NCBI GenBank assembly: GCA_964016885.1
Contig: OZ024743.1
Location: 309,690,001-309,754,000 of the forward strand
From: Eledone cirrhosa
Lineage: Eukaryota
Direction of reading: 5' to 3'
DNA length: 64,000 nt
Shown in pieces: positions 1-13,628 of this stretch. The notes under the pieces were generated by a model that saw only the letters and a list, made by a program, of their open reading frames with translations, did no database searches and was not told the origin of the DNA. Positions within the stretch are counted from its first letter, which is position 1; every line of letters begins with the position of its first letter. Both the position numbers and the translations under genes were made by a program.

Positions 1-539
1 AATGGGACTAATTCTTATAACACCTGTTTTATTTTGTGTTTGTGTATTTCTTTGTCGTCTATTCATGGCAATTTTAATCCTTTTGATCCCGAGCTTCCTA
101 AAACCAGATCTGGTTCTATAATGAAAACTATCTGCTTTAAAGAGTTCATGTTTAAATTGAAACCTTCCTTCATAATTGAGAGAACCTTTTAAGTTTTGTT
201 CAAAATTGCGGCTTGATAATGAAAAAGTTAGTTATATTACTAAAACCTTCGAATTTTTTAGTATTTTAAGAATTAATCTTAAGTGATAGACAGTGTCTTT
301 CAGTAGAAATATGGTAAGAAAATGGTTAAAGTATGTTGGAGCTACTAATGGCTAATGAATTTAGTATATTCTAGTATGAACCTGAGTGGAATATTATCAA
401 AATATTCTGGTAAGCAATTCATACAATGCCTAGACACATCCTGCTCTGCTTATAGTCTTTGGTTATGGCATAGATGACCAGTAATTGATCTTTACAGTCT
501 TCTGAGTTTTTGCTGCACTGTTGCACTATGTGGAAATAA

Positions 540-2150
540 TTCGTTTTTTCGATATTTTTATCCTCTCCATTATTATGGTAGTAATATTCTATAAGTTTTA
601 GGATGGATTGTAAAGTTTAGAGTTCGCTGTTTTCGAATTAAAATGACTTTTGTAATCAATGAACCAATCAAGTGTTGTTTTCATTTCTTTTAATACATTA
701 AATATTCTTTTGCTAGTTCTTTGTGTAAGCTTCTTAGATATTTCAAGAAGTTTATTATGTTAACAACCTCCCGTATTCATTTCCTCCTGTCTTCTAAATA
801 ATTCTTTCTTAGGAGAAAATCTTGCTCTGGCTGCCTTTTCGAATAATCCCCGGGATTATCTAAGTGCTACGTTTATTTTTTTAAACAATCTCATACGTGG
901 TGATAAGTTCCCCAAATCTCTCTGGCGTGAAATTATTGTTGCTGCATATATTTCTATTTTGTTTGTTCCTAGTTTTTAATAAAAATGTGTGGGTCTTGAA
1001 TGAACTTAATATTTTTTATCTAAAGAATCTCTTGTTTTTCAGAACAAAGTATTTTGTGCAATATGGCAAAGGTTTCTTGTTTTAGAGATTTTGTTTTGGT
1101 TTCCTACAATTCCTTCTTTTTATACAAGATTTCTATACTGTTTCTCGCTTTTTTTGTTTTCCAATTGTTTATTTTTGCTATTGATTTTAAAGATTACGTG
1201 ATACCATCATTTATTTCCTATATTTTGCTATATAATTATTTTCTATATTATCTATTTACTATTAGACATTTCACTATGAGTAGATCTTAACTACGTCTTA
1301 ACTACTGTGGCTGTCGCAATAAAACATTCGCTTAATCTGGTTATATTGATGTCTGTGCTTGTTTGAATTATGTATGTCACAGTCAGATTTGCATATTTTG
1401 GTTATTGTTATTGCTTTTTAATCGTTGTTTTTCATTGAAAGTTATTCCCGTTATAACATACGGAAGCCTGCTATCGATTTTAACTCGCTATTTCCAAATT
1501 TGATTATAATCATGTTCATAATTTCTATCTTCAGAATTACCTATTTTGAATCTTTTTCATATACATATGGTTTATGTTGTTTCAGGCCTGATTTCTGTGA
1601 ACAACATTATGCAGGTGTTCTACAGTTGGTTTGATGTATTTTAGTATTTACTTATCATGGTACTTTTCTAAATTCTTTTATTTTCGGTGTTTATTTTTAA
1701 TGTGTTCTTTGTGTATCACTTTATTTAAGTGTTCTATACCAATATCTGGTTTTAAGTATCTACTTAAGTTAGCTTGTTTGTTCGAAACCAAAGTTATTTT
1801 GTGATCAGGGTTATTTTTCTCAAAGCATTATCGTATTTTTAGTTTTGGTGTGTAGTGTTGCTGTAAATTACCTATATAACATAGAAATATATGTCACCCA
1901 TGCTCATTTCTGCATCTTCTGTTTCATTTGCGAGGCTTCAAAGTAATATCCGCTCATTTATTTACATCGTCATCATTTCTATCGAGTAACCAACATATTT
2001 CTGGCGATGCCAAGATTCCTTCACCTCATTTGTCGACATTTCATGCATCAAATAATGAAATCTCTTGCTGTATACTTTTGGCATTTTGTCCTTGTATTAT
2101 ACCCATCGTTTTGAGATTCTGTTACCAATTATGAAATTATTATTACATAC
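540..2150 (-). mobile_element. Highly degenerate Penelope-like element (RT to GIY-YIG remnant)
   Basis: The minus strand gives fragments resembling PLE RT motifs (GILASPEIC near 1990-2020) and an A-rich coding-strand bias like the PLE at 49-50 kb. There are many stops and frameshifts. Confidence 0.4.
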
Positions 2151-2789
2151 ATTGTGTTTGCTACGTATGTCATTTCTAACATTGGCACGAAACTGTAAAT
2201 TTATGAAATAAGGATTTAATCATTTCAGACAATAGACACTATATTAGAAGTAATGTTATCGCTTTACGTCTGTTTTTTTTTTATGGCTGCACGGGTCGGA
2301 CGAAACCTGGAGATTATCCCGGTTTCGTGGGATTTAAACGATTGAAAGTACAAGAGTGCTTCCTAGACGGGTCACCACTCCGTCATAGAACTAACCTGAA
2401 GCTGGCACTGGTACACATTCTCAGATAAATGAACTTGAAAATTAGAACTGAAGTGCTTTGCTGAAGAACAAAATGCAACTCCCACCCTAGGAATCGAAAC
2501 CACACCCTTATGATCTTGAGTCCAATACTGTAGCCTTTAGCTCACACAGTTTGTTGTTTATTTTAATAACCCGGAAACATTGAGTAGAAACGTAAGCTCC
2601 TGGGTTTTGGACTGAGGATTTAATATATCACAAGTACATAAGGTATACCCTCGAGAAGAACAGAACTCCCATTAAGGCCAACAAGGCAGCCGCCTAGCGT
2701 GCAGATCTCCGAGAGACGCATTACTGAACCTTAAAGGATCATAGTTGTTGAATATATAATAATTTCACGTGATCAATAAATAAATCGCA

Positions 2790-4550
2790 CTGCCACACAG
2801 CAGTGTTGTGGAAATATAGAAAGCGATGCGGAGGGCCGTATGTTCGTAGTGCGGCTGCTTCCACCACCTCACCTGTGATGACTTGGCGCGTCGAGCCTCC
2901 AGTGCCCTCACAGCGTGGAGATGCAGAAACTGTCTCTTCCCTTCGTCTGCAACAGCCACGGCCGTCTGGCACACCACCAGATTAAACAGCGAGCTTGCTT
3001 GATGCCCAAGCCTCGCTGGTCAATATCGCTCGGCTCAGGCGGCTCCGGAAAGTCCCACTCTGGATCCCGAGAGCGACCCGGGTGCCGGTAACCGATGCCC
3101 TCTCTTCCTCGTTTGAATGTCTGCTACGAAGCTGAGGCCTTTGCAACCTCCATCTCGGACGTGCGGTCTATTCCCCACCAAGTATAGGTGACCCCCAAAG
3201 AGGGTGTCCTCATCCTTGGGTCACCGATCAACCCGTCGGCCAACCACTCCACCATCAGGTCCAGGCTCCAACAACTCACGAGTCGACTGGGCTTGATCGA
3301 CGGCCGCCCAGATCTCTTTCTGTTGAGGAACTGCTTCGCCATGCCGAAGCTCCTCTACACCCTTCGCTGCGCTCCGTGCTACATGCACGCATCTCTCCTC
3401 ACTGACCTTGATACATTTATCCGAGCAGCAGCCGAGGAAATATGCAACGTCAGGTTTGACGACATTGGATGGCAACAGGCCACTTTACCTGTCAGATATA
3501 GCAGCCTTGGCCTCCGGTACACGATCTCCCTGGCTTTGCCATCGTTTCTTTCGTCGGTAACCTCATGTCGCGTCCTTGTCAGCAGGGTTCTCCAAAACAA
3601 TAGAACCCTCTACGATCAGGGAACGTGAGGCCGCCTCTGAGACGTGGGACCGGCTGGGACTTAGCCCAGTAGACGTCCCTCATTCTTCTCCCTCTGCTGA
3701 CCTCAAGTCTCCCCAAAGCATTTTGGATGCCATCAAGTCTCCCCAAAGCATTTTGGATGCCATCCAGTGCAGCCTGGGCTCAGACAGGCTCACGCGCCAG
3801 CTCGAACAGCACCGCCTTGCCTATTTTCGTGCGGCCTCCAAAACCCACAGTGGTTGCCTCTGTCCATGCCTTGCCCTCCTTCTCCACTGGCATGTAGCTG
3901 GATAACAATAGCTTGCACATCGGCGTTTCTTTGAGATTTGGCCTCCGGATCTGTGAGCCACATAAATGTCGCTGTCGATCCACTGTGGACTCTTTCGGCC
4001 TCCACCAGCTTTCCAGTCGCCACAGTGCCGGCCGCCTTACACGCCATGCTGCCCTCAACGAGGTCATATAGCATGGCTTGGACACTCCAGCCTTCCTTTC
4101 CCAGCTCGAGCCGGTGGGGCTGGACCGAGGGGACGGCAAGGCCAGATGGTATGACCATCTTCTCGTTCCGCGGTGGCAAACCCCTCGTCTGGGATGCCAC
4201 ATGCACTGACACTTTCTCCAGCTGCAACCTGTGCAGTCTGTGACTAACCCAGGTTCTGCTGCACGTCGGGCTGAGGAGGCCAAACTCTCCAAATACCGGT
4301 CGCTCTCCGACAGGTTTGCGGTCGTACACTTGGCAGTGGAAACTTCTGGGATCCTCGGCCCTAGTGCTACCTCCCTATTCACCACCATAGGTGCTGAGCT
4401 GACCAGCCGCAGGTGTGAGCCTTGCGAGTTGGAATGGCTCTTCCAGCGCGTGTCCCTTGTCATCCTCCGGGGAAACGTCTTCTCCATTTTGTCCGCCGGG
4501 GCTGTGAGGAGGCCATCAATGTGATTGACTGACTTGTCATTTTATAATGG
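2790..4550 (+). mobile_element. CRE-clade-like non-LTR retrotransposon (restriction-like endonuclease), internally deleted and frameshifted
   Basis: Frames give LGSPI...LLRNCFAMPKLLYTLRCAP...WQQATLPVR (RT C-terminal/thumb), HKCRC...H (Zn knuckle), RPDG...LVWDATCTDT and LAVETSG...LFQRVSLVILRGN (PD-D/ExK REL endonuclease). The RT core is missing. A related 3' fragment lies at ~40500-40615. Confidence 0.85.
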
Positions 4551-6025
4551 ACACACATATATAGATACAGACATACAGACACACATACAACTGGTTTCAT
4601 TAACTGTAACTGTTTTTATATTTATCTTTCATTAACACCATTCTATATCTTTTTGGAAACACGCATTTGATATTTTACAGGTGTTCTCCGTCTACTCAAT
4701 CAATACACAATACAAACTATGGATTTCACTTCCTCTCTCTATGTTCTTCTCCTACACGTTCTTATCCTGTCTATCGACATCCAGACTCTGACCATACACA
4801 CACACACACCAACACCCATATAGGAACATACATATGCACAGACATGTACACCATTCCCACACACATGTAAAGACACCCACTAATACACTAACCCACAACA
4901 CCCATATACATACCACTCACGTTTCTGTACTTACTATTTAACACATGTTCACACAAACTCGCTTCTTTTCAGACACACATACTTACATCCACACACATAC
5001 ACACACTCACATTTAACACAGACACTCACACACCCACACATACACTTTACCCTCTGCCGTCTCTTCCTAGACTCTGAGTATTTTGCAGCACCCTCTATAC
5101 TCTCCCCTTGATCACCCCAAACACACTTCACACACTACCACACCCATGCCATCCCCCCCATCCACCCTGGACCTGTACCTCCTATCGCTTTTATTTTTAT
5201 TTTTATGTTTATCATCATTTTTACTTTGTAACTTCCCTCATTAAAACCCTCCTTACTCCTCCTTGGAGTACTTGTTCTTCCCCCATCCGAACTTTCCCGA
5301 TGAAAGGCATCTGTCCGAAACGTTCAATCCTCCGCCACTTCCACCAAGCGTGAACCTAATATAACTTTGTAGAATTTCAACTATATGTACATATACATAT
5401 ACAGGGAACGTTTCCACGAACCAAAGTATCGACTTCCTGTCTTCCTTCGGTTGCATCGGTTTTCGAAATATTTACTTCTGCGTTCACAGATTGATTTTTT
5501 TAGTTTCAGAAGATCCCGTTAAGGGTGAAAGCAGCGATTCTTTGCTTAAACTTTAATCTTTTATTTTAATAAATATATATATATATATACAACATGTTTT
5601 TCACACCTTTTGAATTCGTTACTGACAGCGATCAATTTGGAAATTTCGGTCCTAACTGAGGGAGTCTCTTGAAAAGCTCGGAGCCTCATGGATAATGCAA
5701 CGATTAGACATTTCCACAAAGTACGAACGAAACTATCGATAGTCGGGACTGGGAGAATGTTTGATAACGTTTATCTATTTTTTTTTTCAAACTTACATTT
5801 TAGACTTAGCTCCGTTACAGATTAAGAGGAAATACTACGTAAATTTTATCTGACTGTTCCTCATAAAGGAATATCGGTAACATTTATCTGTTATTTCTTC
5901 AAAGTTACATTTTAAACTTAGCTCCGTTTAAATGCTTATTTATCTGGTTGATTTCTACGGACTAAGAAGAAAAAAATTGCATAAATTTTGTCTGACTATT
6001 CTTCAAACATATCATTTGATATATA

Positions 6026-7403
6026 TCATCATCATCATCATTTTACGTCCGCTTTTCTCTGCTTGCAAGAGTGGGATGGGTCTTATTCAGCACAGCATCT
6101 CTCCACTTGTCACGGTCCTCCGTCATCTCCTGCGTGAGCTTCAGTGATCTGAGGTCTGCTCTCACCACCTCTGCCCATGTTTTTCGTAGTCTTCGTCTTC
6201 TGCGTCTTCCTTCTAGTGAAATTTCTTGGCACTTCTTATCCTTCATGCGTACCACATGCCCATACCATCGCAGTCTTCTCTCCCGCACAATACACAGTTT
6301 CTCTCAACTCATCCATGCTTGGTCGCTCACGCACATTGAAATTACACATCCAACGAAGCATGATTGCTTCATTTCTCTCCAGCCGTCGCATATCCTCTGC
6401 AGTTGCTGCCCATGTCTCACAACCATGCAGCATCACCCATCTGACACAGGCAACATATAACCGGTCATATAACTGGCATTTCGTACGCAGGGAGAAACTA
6501 TTTGTCAACAGAGGAAGCAGCTCCCTAAACTTCTTCCAGCTCATCCTTATTCTAGATACTATGGACCCGGAACACCCCTCCAATGCTAATCTGGTCACCC
6601 AGAGACCAGAAGCTATCATTCACTTCTATAGAACCTACCTGCATTTGAAAAATGTGTCTATCACTGCGACTTCTACAGTAAAATTTCCCTGGTCATCTAC
6701 TGTATACGTAGTTTTGCCTATCTGTTAGTTTGCCTGTTGTCCCACTACATCTCTTGTGTACCCAAGATCTGCATTGTGTAGATTTTATAGAATTCATGCA
6801 TGCTCATTTTCTACATATCGAAAATGGCCATTTCCCTGATGGAATCATAGTTTTGTCCTCTTTTCTATTTATCAACACTTTTGTCTTAGCTAGGTTCACT
6901 CTCACTCCGCTGGATTCCAACTGCTGTTTCCATAGCCAGAATTTATTCTCTAGCTACCCTACTGATTCTGCTATAAGAACAAGATCGTCAGCATAGAGAA
7001 GTTCCCATGGGCAGCCAGTCTTAAACTCCTCTGTTATGGCTTGGAGGAATATAATGAACAAGAGCGGGATGAGGACCGAACCCAACCCTGATGTAGTCCT
7101 ACTCTGGAATTCCTCACTAAACTCCATTCCTACTCTCACTTTACTGACAACACCTCTGTACATATCTTGCACTGTCCTCACTACTCATTCCTCTACACTT
7201 AGTCTCCTTAGGGACCACCAGATGACAGAGCGGGGTACCTATCAAAGGCCTTCTCTAGGTCAACAAAAGCTAAGTATAGTGGCTTATTCTTTAAGAACCT
7301 TCTTGTAGTTGTCTCACTAAGAAGAGGGCATCTGTTGTACTTTTCCCAGGCACAAGACCAAGCTGCATCTTATTTAAGTTGACCCTTTCTCTAATTAGTT
7401 GCG

Positions 7404-7404
<1 letters not shown>
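6026..7404 (-). mobile_element. RTE-clade LINE, 5'-truncated, degenerate
   Basis: Minus-strand frames contain [34 protein letters not shown] and RLRWYGHVVR...DRDKWR. A (GAT)n-type tail lies at 6026-6042. Confidence 0.9.
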
Positions 7405-7490
<86 letters not shown>

Positions 7491-7600
7491 ACATATATAT
7501 ATATATATATGTATGTGTGTATGTGTGTGAGTGATACAAATAAACGAAAAAAGGTGACCTTTTATGGTTTTTAATGTCCATTTTTTCTTTTCTATTACAG

Positions 7601-7803
7601 GTCGTAAATTACAGCTATATTTATTGGTTGAACACATGGCTTCTTTTAAATCCTTGGTGGCTCTGCTGTGATTGGTCATATAATTGCATCCCTATTTTGA
7701 GTTCGGCTTGGAATATTCGGACGATAGCTGCACTTTCCTTCTGGATCTTGATTATTCTGATGACTTACAAAATTATCAAGCTTCGGAAGACATCGCTGGC
7801 ACG
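7601..7803 (+). CDS. TMTC4: Internal exon of TMTC4-like protein O-mannosyltransferase (DUF1736 region)
   Basis: Polypyrimidine tract plus TACAG acceptor, and CG|GTAAAA donor. It encodes [40 protein letters not shown]..., matching the TMTC4-type motif [21 protein letters not shown]. Its phase-2 end joins in frame to the exon at 42479. Confidence 0.9.
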
Positions 7804-8149
7804 GTAAAATATTTTCACCCTTTTCTTGTATCTATATCTGTCTATTCTTAGTCATGCCAATTTGCAAAGGGAATATGTTACTGTGAAGAGATATAACATT
7901 GAAACATGTCCCTTGCTTTCACCTAGATTTAGTCCCATTACACTACCTTTAAAAACTTGGATTAGCCTAGGCTATATGGATTAACTCTCTTGCATGTTTC
8001 CATGACAAAATACACCTAAAGGGACTTGCTTGCTTGAAAATGCGCTGCTATTTTCATTTGATTGGATTTTTCCACCACTCGCCACATTCAGACAGCAAGA
8101 ATTTATTCGTATCGAAACAGATTATGCTCTCCCCTTGGGTATTGTTATT

Positions 8150-9200
8150 ATGGAGGACTGGTATGCCGTGGCTGATGATGCGCAAACATGTGCTGAGGCT
8201 ACGTCATCTCCAAATTATTCTGGATGGTGAACAGGTCTGGTCACCGTTCGGGAGGTACGTTTTTCCCCAGTTCATATCCTTGATGGAATTGCAATCTTGG
8301 GTCAAGCGAAGACCGAAATGTCTGGAATGTCTTCAAGCGCTCACAGCTCGCAGCAAATCAAGTAGTACGACTGGTGGAAACTCCACCTCAGCGTTCTTTA
8401 AAGGGTTGGTGGAGGGTAAGAACCATGATGCTGACGAAAATCAACTAGCCACTCTCTTCCACGGGAACTTCGGTTCAGGGCCCATGGATAACGCCCAGAA
8501 ATCCCTGGCCTGACAGTGCTACCGAGCAGCTTTGCCAGTTCGGGATAAAATCTACAGGCATGGAAGTGCGGTCAGTCAGGCCTGTCCGAGGTTCGCGCAG
8601 GGTAAGGAAACCATCCTGCGCGCACACTTCGAGTGTCCGAGTATTGCTGACTTGTGGGTCTATGTAGAACACCTGCTGTCACGTGTAGGACGGATCCAAC
8701 TATCAATTGCACCCATTGTGAAAATCGCCCCACCGTCCTCCACGGAAGGAGAGGCAGTTTTTATCTGCCTGGTAGCCATAGCGAAAGAGATCCCGTGGTG
8801 GACGCATTTGAAAGGGTTGAAGACAGCTATTTCCTTCTTCGGCGAAGCTCTGATTAACTTTTTTAGATTTCACTTGAAGAGGAAAATCAGGGTGGAGAGA
8901 GAAGTGCTGCCTTCCAACCGGTTTGTTGAACGGTGGGTGAGTGTGGCGAGCATCGTCCGTGTGAATGGGCCTGCCTTGAGCATACGCCTGTAGATTGGGA
9001 TAGAAAAACTGGGAGAGGACAATTAGCCCTAGCAGACAGGCTGACCGTGGCTTTTGTGGGATTGCTAGTCGAGTGACCCTTAGAGTCTCCTCACCTTTGT
9101 GGAATTTGTTGTTTGTTTTAAATGTTTATTTTCTTCGTCTCTTTTACAAAGTTTATTTTACACAAAGAAAAATGCACACTGTATCGAATTGTATCGTCTT
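8150..9200 (+). mobile_element. L1/Tx1-clade LINE 3' fragment (zf-RVT C-terminal domain)
   Basis: LPVRDKIYRH...ACPR...ETILRAHFECPSIADLW is the typical C-terminal Cys/His domain of L1/Tx1 ORF2, followed by a T-rich 3' UTR. Confidence 0.8.
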
Positions 9201-11057
9201 TAACGTTTCCATAATGTCATGCCAGTGTGGCTAAGCACCAGTAATGCACTGGGGTAATTGCTGGCCTTGTGCCAAAAGTAAAAACATTATTATTATTATT
9301 GTAAAGAGTTATGACTCTTTACGTTCTGAGTTTAAATCACGCCGATGTTAGCGATGCCTTTCATCCTTACGCTATATCACATATCGCTTGTATAGACGTT
9401 CATATATTTGCATCGTTATATCATAACTTTTATATTTCCGTCGCTAATTTTCTCCTTTTTCGTTTTCATTACATTTCGCTGTAATGCAGTTTATATATAA
9501 TATCGTCTTTTTTAAATGTACCATGGATTACTTTACTGATTACAGAGGAGAGTGTAATACAGTCTCTCTTCAATTTCTGTGTATATTGTCAATTACAAAT
9601 GTGTTTGATTATCATAGCTACATGCATATATATTTGCATATAATATGTACACTACACGTGCTAGCAGAAAACCACCCCAAAGGTGGTTTTTCTGCTAGTA
9701 AATATAAAGACCCAAATCCAGAGAGGGCTTTATAAGGGTTGTGTATATATAAGTATATAAAACCACGTAGTGCAAATTTATTATTTGCACACACATACAG
9801 ATATAGATATATATATGAATGCACATTGCTTTGTGTTTAAGGTATTCGGCTTACGAACGTGAGGTTGCTAGTTCGCTTTCTGGCGGCGCGATATGCACTT
9901 GAGCAAGACACTTTATTTCACGTTGTTCCAGTCCATTCAGTGGACAAAAATGTATTGTACATGTAATTCGAAGGGACAGCCTTGTCATATTCTGAGGTCA
10001 CGCTGAATCTCCCTGAGGACTACGTCTTTGTCGAATACTCAGCCACTTGCACGTTAATTTTACCAGCATGCTGTTCTTTTGATCGTATCAACTGGAATAT
10101 TGGCCGACAGAGTGCCACTGCTACACACACATATATATGTATATATTTAAAAGAAGGGCTTCTGCAGATTCCATCTACCTACCTCCACAGAGAAGTCATT
10201 GATCAACCTGAGGCTTTAGCAGAACATAGCTGGCTTGTGGACTGAACCCAGACCCACGTGGTTGCATATCGAACTCTTTAACCACACAGCCATGTCTGAC
10301 ATCTTGCTCTGTTGATGATCGTTTTCTCACTAGTAGCGTATAGTTTAATCCTAACAATCAATTGGAAATATTAATACTATGCTAAGCAATATAAATGATC
10401 TACGGCATAGTTCATCAGAAGGATTAAATTGATAACTACTTCAGTGGCAAGGGAAATCCCTAATTTGTATTACACCACAACTTAATTACAAAGTCATCAT
10501 CATGAATGATTCCTAACAACATACATTTAAAATATCATTTATCTGATGAGTAGTAGGTGTGTCTGGAATATATATTTGGTTAACTTAGAATAGCAATGAA
10601 CAGCAAATTAAACTCTCTTTGATCATTTACAAGGAATGATCATTATATATTCTCCTTAAAAGCCATGATCGCTCGACCTGCTAAAAATACTCATTTAATT
10701 TCCATTAATATCCACTCTAACTTATTGAGAAATTAGAACGCAATGGACACTCTGGTACTAGATATATTATGATAGAAAACATTTGGGATAGCTAGGTTAA
10801 GGCTGAAATCTCTTTGATCATATATATCTGCTCAGTCATGCTGACCTGAGATAAATTACAAAAACAAAATACTAATATGATTATGTGGTGAATTGGCAGA
10901 TGTGTTAGGGCACCGAATATAAAGCTTTGCATTATTGTTTGCTGCTCTCTGCTTCGCTCTGAGTTCAAATCCGGCTGAGTTCAACTTTACCTTCCATTCT
11001 TTCGAGGCCAGTTTCTCTCTTTCCCTCTCTTCTTACTCCACCCTCTCTCTCTCTCTC

Positions 11058-11095
<38 letters not shown>

Positions 11096-12908
11096 GTTCA
11101 GACCTGGAAAGCGATGTGCTGCACTAAGTTTAAGCGTCACGATGGTGCCCCTACGACCCTCATCAGAAGCTCAGGTTCCATGGATGAAATATATAACTAA
11201 ACTTTATAAGATAAGCTATGTCCTTCATCAGAAACCTTGTTATCTGAACCCTATACACAGAATGACCAGTAAATTCCATTGTATTTACATAAATATAAAA
11301 GAGGATTTGAACTGTTCTCATACTCTTAGCGAATTTTTGACATTCTCATAAACCAAAAGTATTATTATATGCATAAAACAGCCTAAAATTCAAGACATCC
11401 ATATCACAAATTGCGTGAACTAGCCTAAGAAAGCAGATGATTAACGGCACTGATTAACCTAACTGTTTTCACGAAACCAGAACTACACAATGAAATGTCT
11501 CAGAGGACTGCATACTCTGTTATTTCTAATAGGCTTTACTGGTACAAATTCTATTGGAACTGGAATTATCTATCTTGCGCATCTAATACAGAAGTCGCAA
11601 AATAATAAAATATTCTAACGCAATGCGATCACTCACAATGTTTTCAAACTGAATACAAGTAGGTTGATGAAAGTAGCAGCAAATTAAGATTACTACTTCG
11701 AAAAATGCAAATATTGGATAGTCGAGTCTTGGGAAATCCAAAACGAGAAAATGGAATTGGCATGAAGAAGTGCACCATTTCATACCAAATGGTCATTCTA
11801 AGCTGCCAAGATTTTGACAATTATCTAGATACAGCTCAAATATAAAGGTTCAACGTATGTATTTATAAAAACGTTTTAGGAAACAATGTTCCATTGGTCA
11901 GTGAATCGCTGCTACTATCTGTCTATGGCAACTCCATGCAGAAATAGGCGGATTCTGAACTCAGAATGGATAGTCCTGATCAAATACCTGTTCATTAATA
12001 ATCCGCCCAAACTCCATCTATTCATAGGTATTTTTTATCGACTCCAAAATGATTAAAGGCCAAATTGACTTCGGCGGGTTTGAACTAACAGCGCATTAAA
12101 CCGGAAAAAACAGACATTTGAACCGACCACCTAAGAACCCCGCCAATTCGCCGCCTAATGGTATTTTCTTTCTTTCTCTCTTTCCGTCTTTCTATCATTT
12201 TTCTTTCTTTTCCTTTCTCTCTCTTCTAACTTTTAGTCTCTTTTTCTTTTTCTTATAGGAATAATATATTTCAATAATATATACACCATATATATATATA
12301 TATATATATGCATACACATATAAGTGTGTCAGTATTGTTTGTATGTTTTTAAGTCCATGTATAATAAAAAAAAACAAAAAGAAGAAAAAACGAAGCAGCG
12401 AATTGGCTGAGTCGTTAGAACGTTGGATAGAATTATTTGTGTTATTCGTTTTGCTTATCTACGTTCTGCGCTCAAATCCTATTGATATCAACTTCGCCTT
12501 TCATCATTTCGAGGTTGACAATTAAATCACCAGCTGTAGCATGTTTGCTTTTTCTTCTTTCTCACTTTCTCTCTGAATCTCATTCTACCTTTCTCCTTCT
12601 TGAACAAATTGTCTATTCACACACGGAGAATAATATGTTCCGACTAGTATCAAATGTCCAATATATAGCGTTTGTTCGAAGGCGCCTCTACGAATCTATT
12701 GGCATTTAAGCGTCCATGGCATAAAAGGCTTTTGCTGTCCTGTCCCAGGGGCGCAGCCCCATCACCACTGCGCCCTACAGCCCATCACCCTCGCTCTTCC
12801 ACCTCCCGTGCTTCTGTGACCGTAGAACCCTTGTCTTTCCTTTCATACTCCGTTATTAAATATTTGTTATGTTATTATTTGAAATAGATTTGAAATAGAT
12901 TTGAAAAA

Positions 12909-13093
12909 GGTGGTGAATTGGCAGTATCGGTTGAGGGTCGGACGCCATGCTTTGCAGCAGAGTTACGTCCCTTTACGGACTGAGTTCAAATCCCGCCGAG
13001 GTTAACTTTGCCTTTCATCCTTACGGGGTCGATAAAATAAAGTACCAGTAATGCACTGAGTAATTGGTGGCCTTGTGCCAAAAGTAGAAACAA
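12909..13093 (+). mobile_element. tRNA-derived SINE family A (central motif TTGCCTTTCATCCTTACGGGGTCGATAAAATAAAGTACCAG, Meta-domain-like)
   Basis: A-box-like GGTGAATTGG and B-box GAGTTCAAATCCC. More than 10 related copies occur in the window, e.g. ~9300, 10885, 12400, 14150, 15085(-), 36815, 38725, 41215, 63240(-). Confidence 0.85.
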
Positions 13094-13443
13094 TTATTTG
13101 AAATAGATTTGCTTACGATTTATTTTTAATAAAACATATTTAGCTGATAAATGTGAGTTTTCCTTTTCATCAACAAGGCTTAGATGAAACAATAATTAAT
13201 TGATATATATCTAATTTCAATTATATATGATATTTCTTAAGTTATTTATTTAGAACATTTTGTATTGGTTTTATAGAAGGACACGAACAGATTTTGATTT
13301 GATTTTACTTTTCAATTATATATTAGATACACTGAATATTTTGTATATCATATATAGTTTTTAGAACATTCAACAGTTAGAATACATATTCAATAGTCGT
13401 TAGAATATGATTAGTTATTTCGTTGTTTATAGTAGTAATTAAT

Positions 13444-13628
13444 TGTTTCTACGTTAGGCACAAGGCCAGCAATTACCCAGTGTATTACTGGTACTTTATT
13501 TTATCGACCCCGTAAGGATGAAAGGCAAAGTTAACCTCGGCGGGATTTGAACTCAGAATGGCAAGGGCCGTAACTCTATGCGTCAAAGCATGGCGTCCGA
13601 CCCTCTACCGATACTGCCAATCCACCGC
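13444..13628 (-). mobile_element. SINE family A with 13-bp TSD
   Basis: Reverse-complement copy flanked by AGTAGTAATTAAT at 13431-13443 and 13629-13641. Confidence 0.9.

Noticed and set aside
11430-11840. Possible ancient LINE RT fragment on the minus strand (VLDFPRLD resembling LDFSKAFD)
   Set aside because: Too degenerate to support without a profile search.
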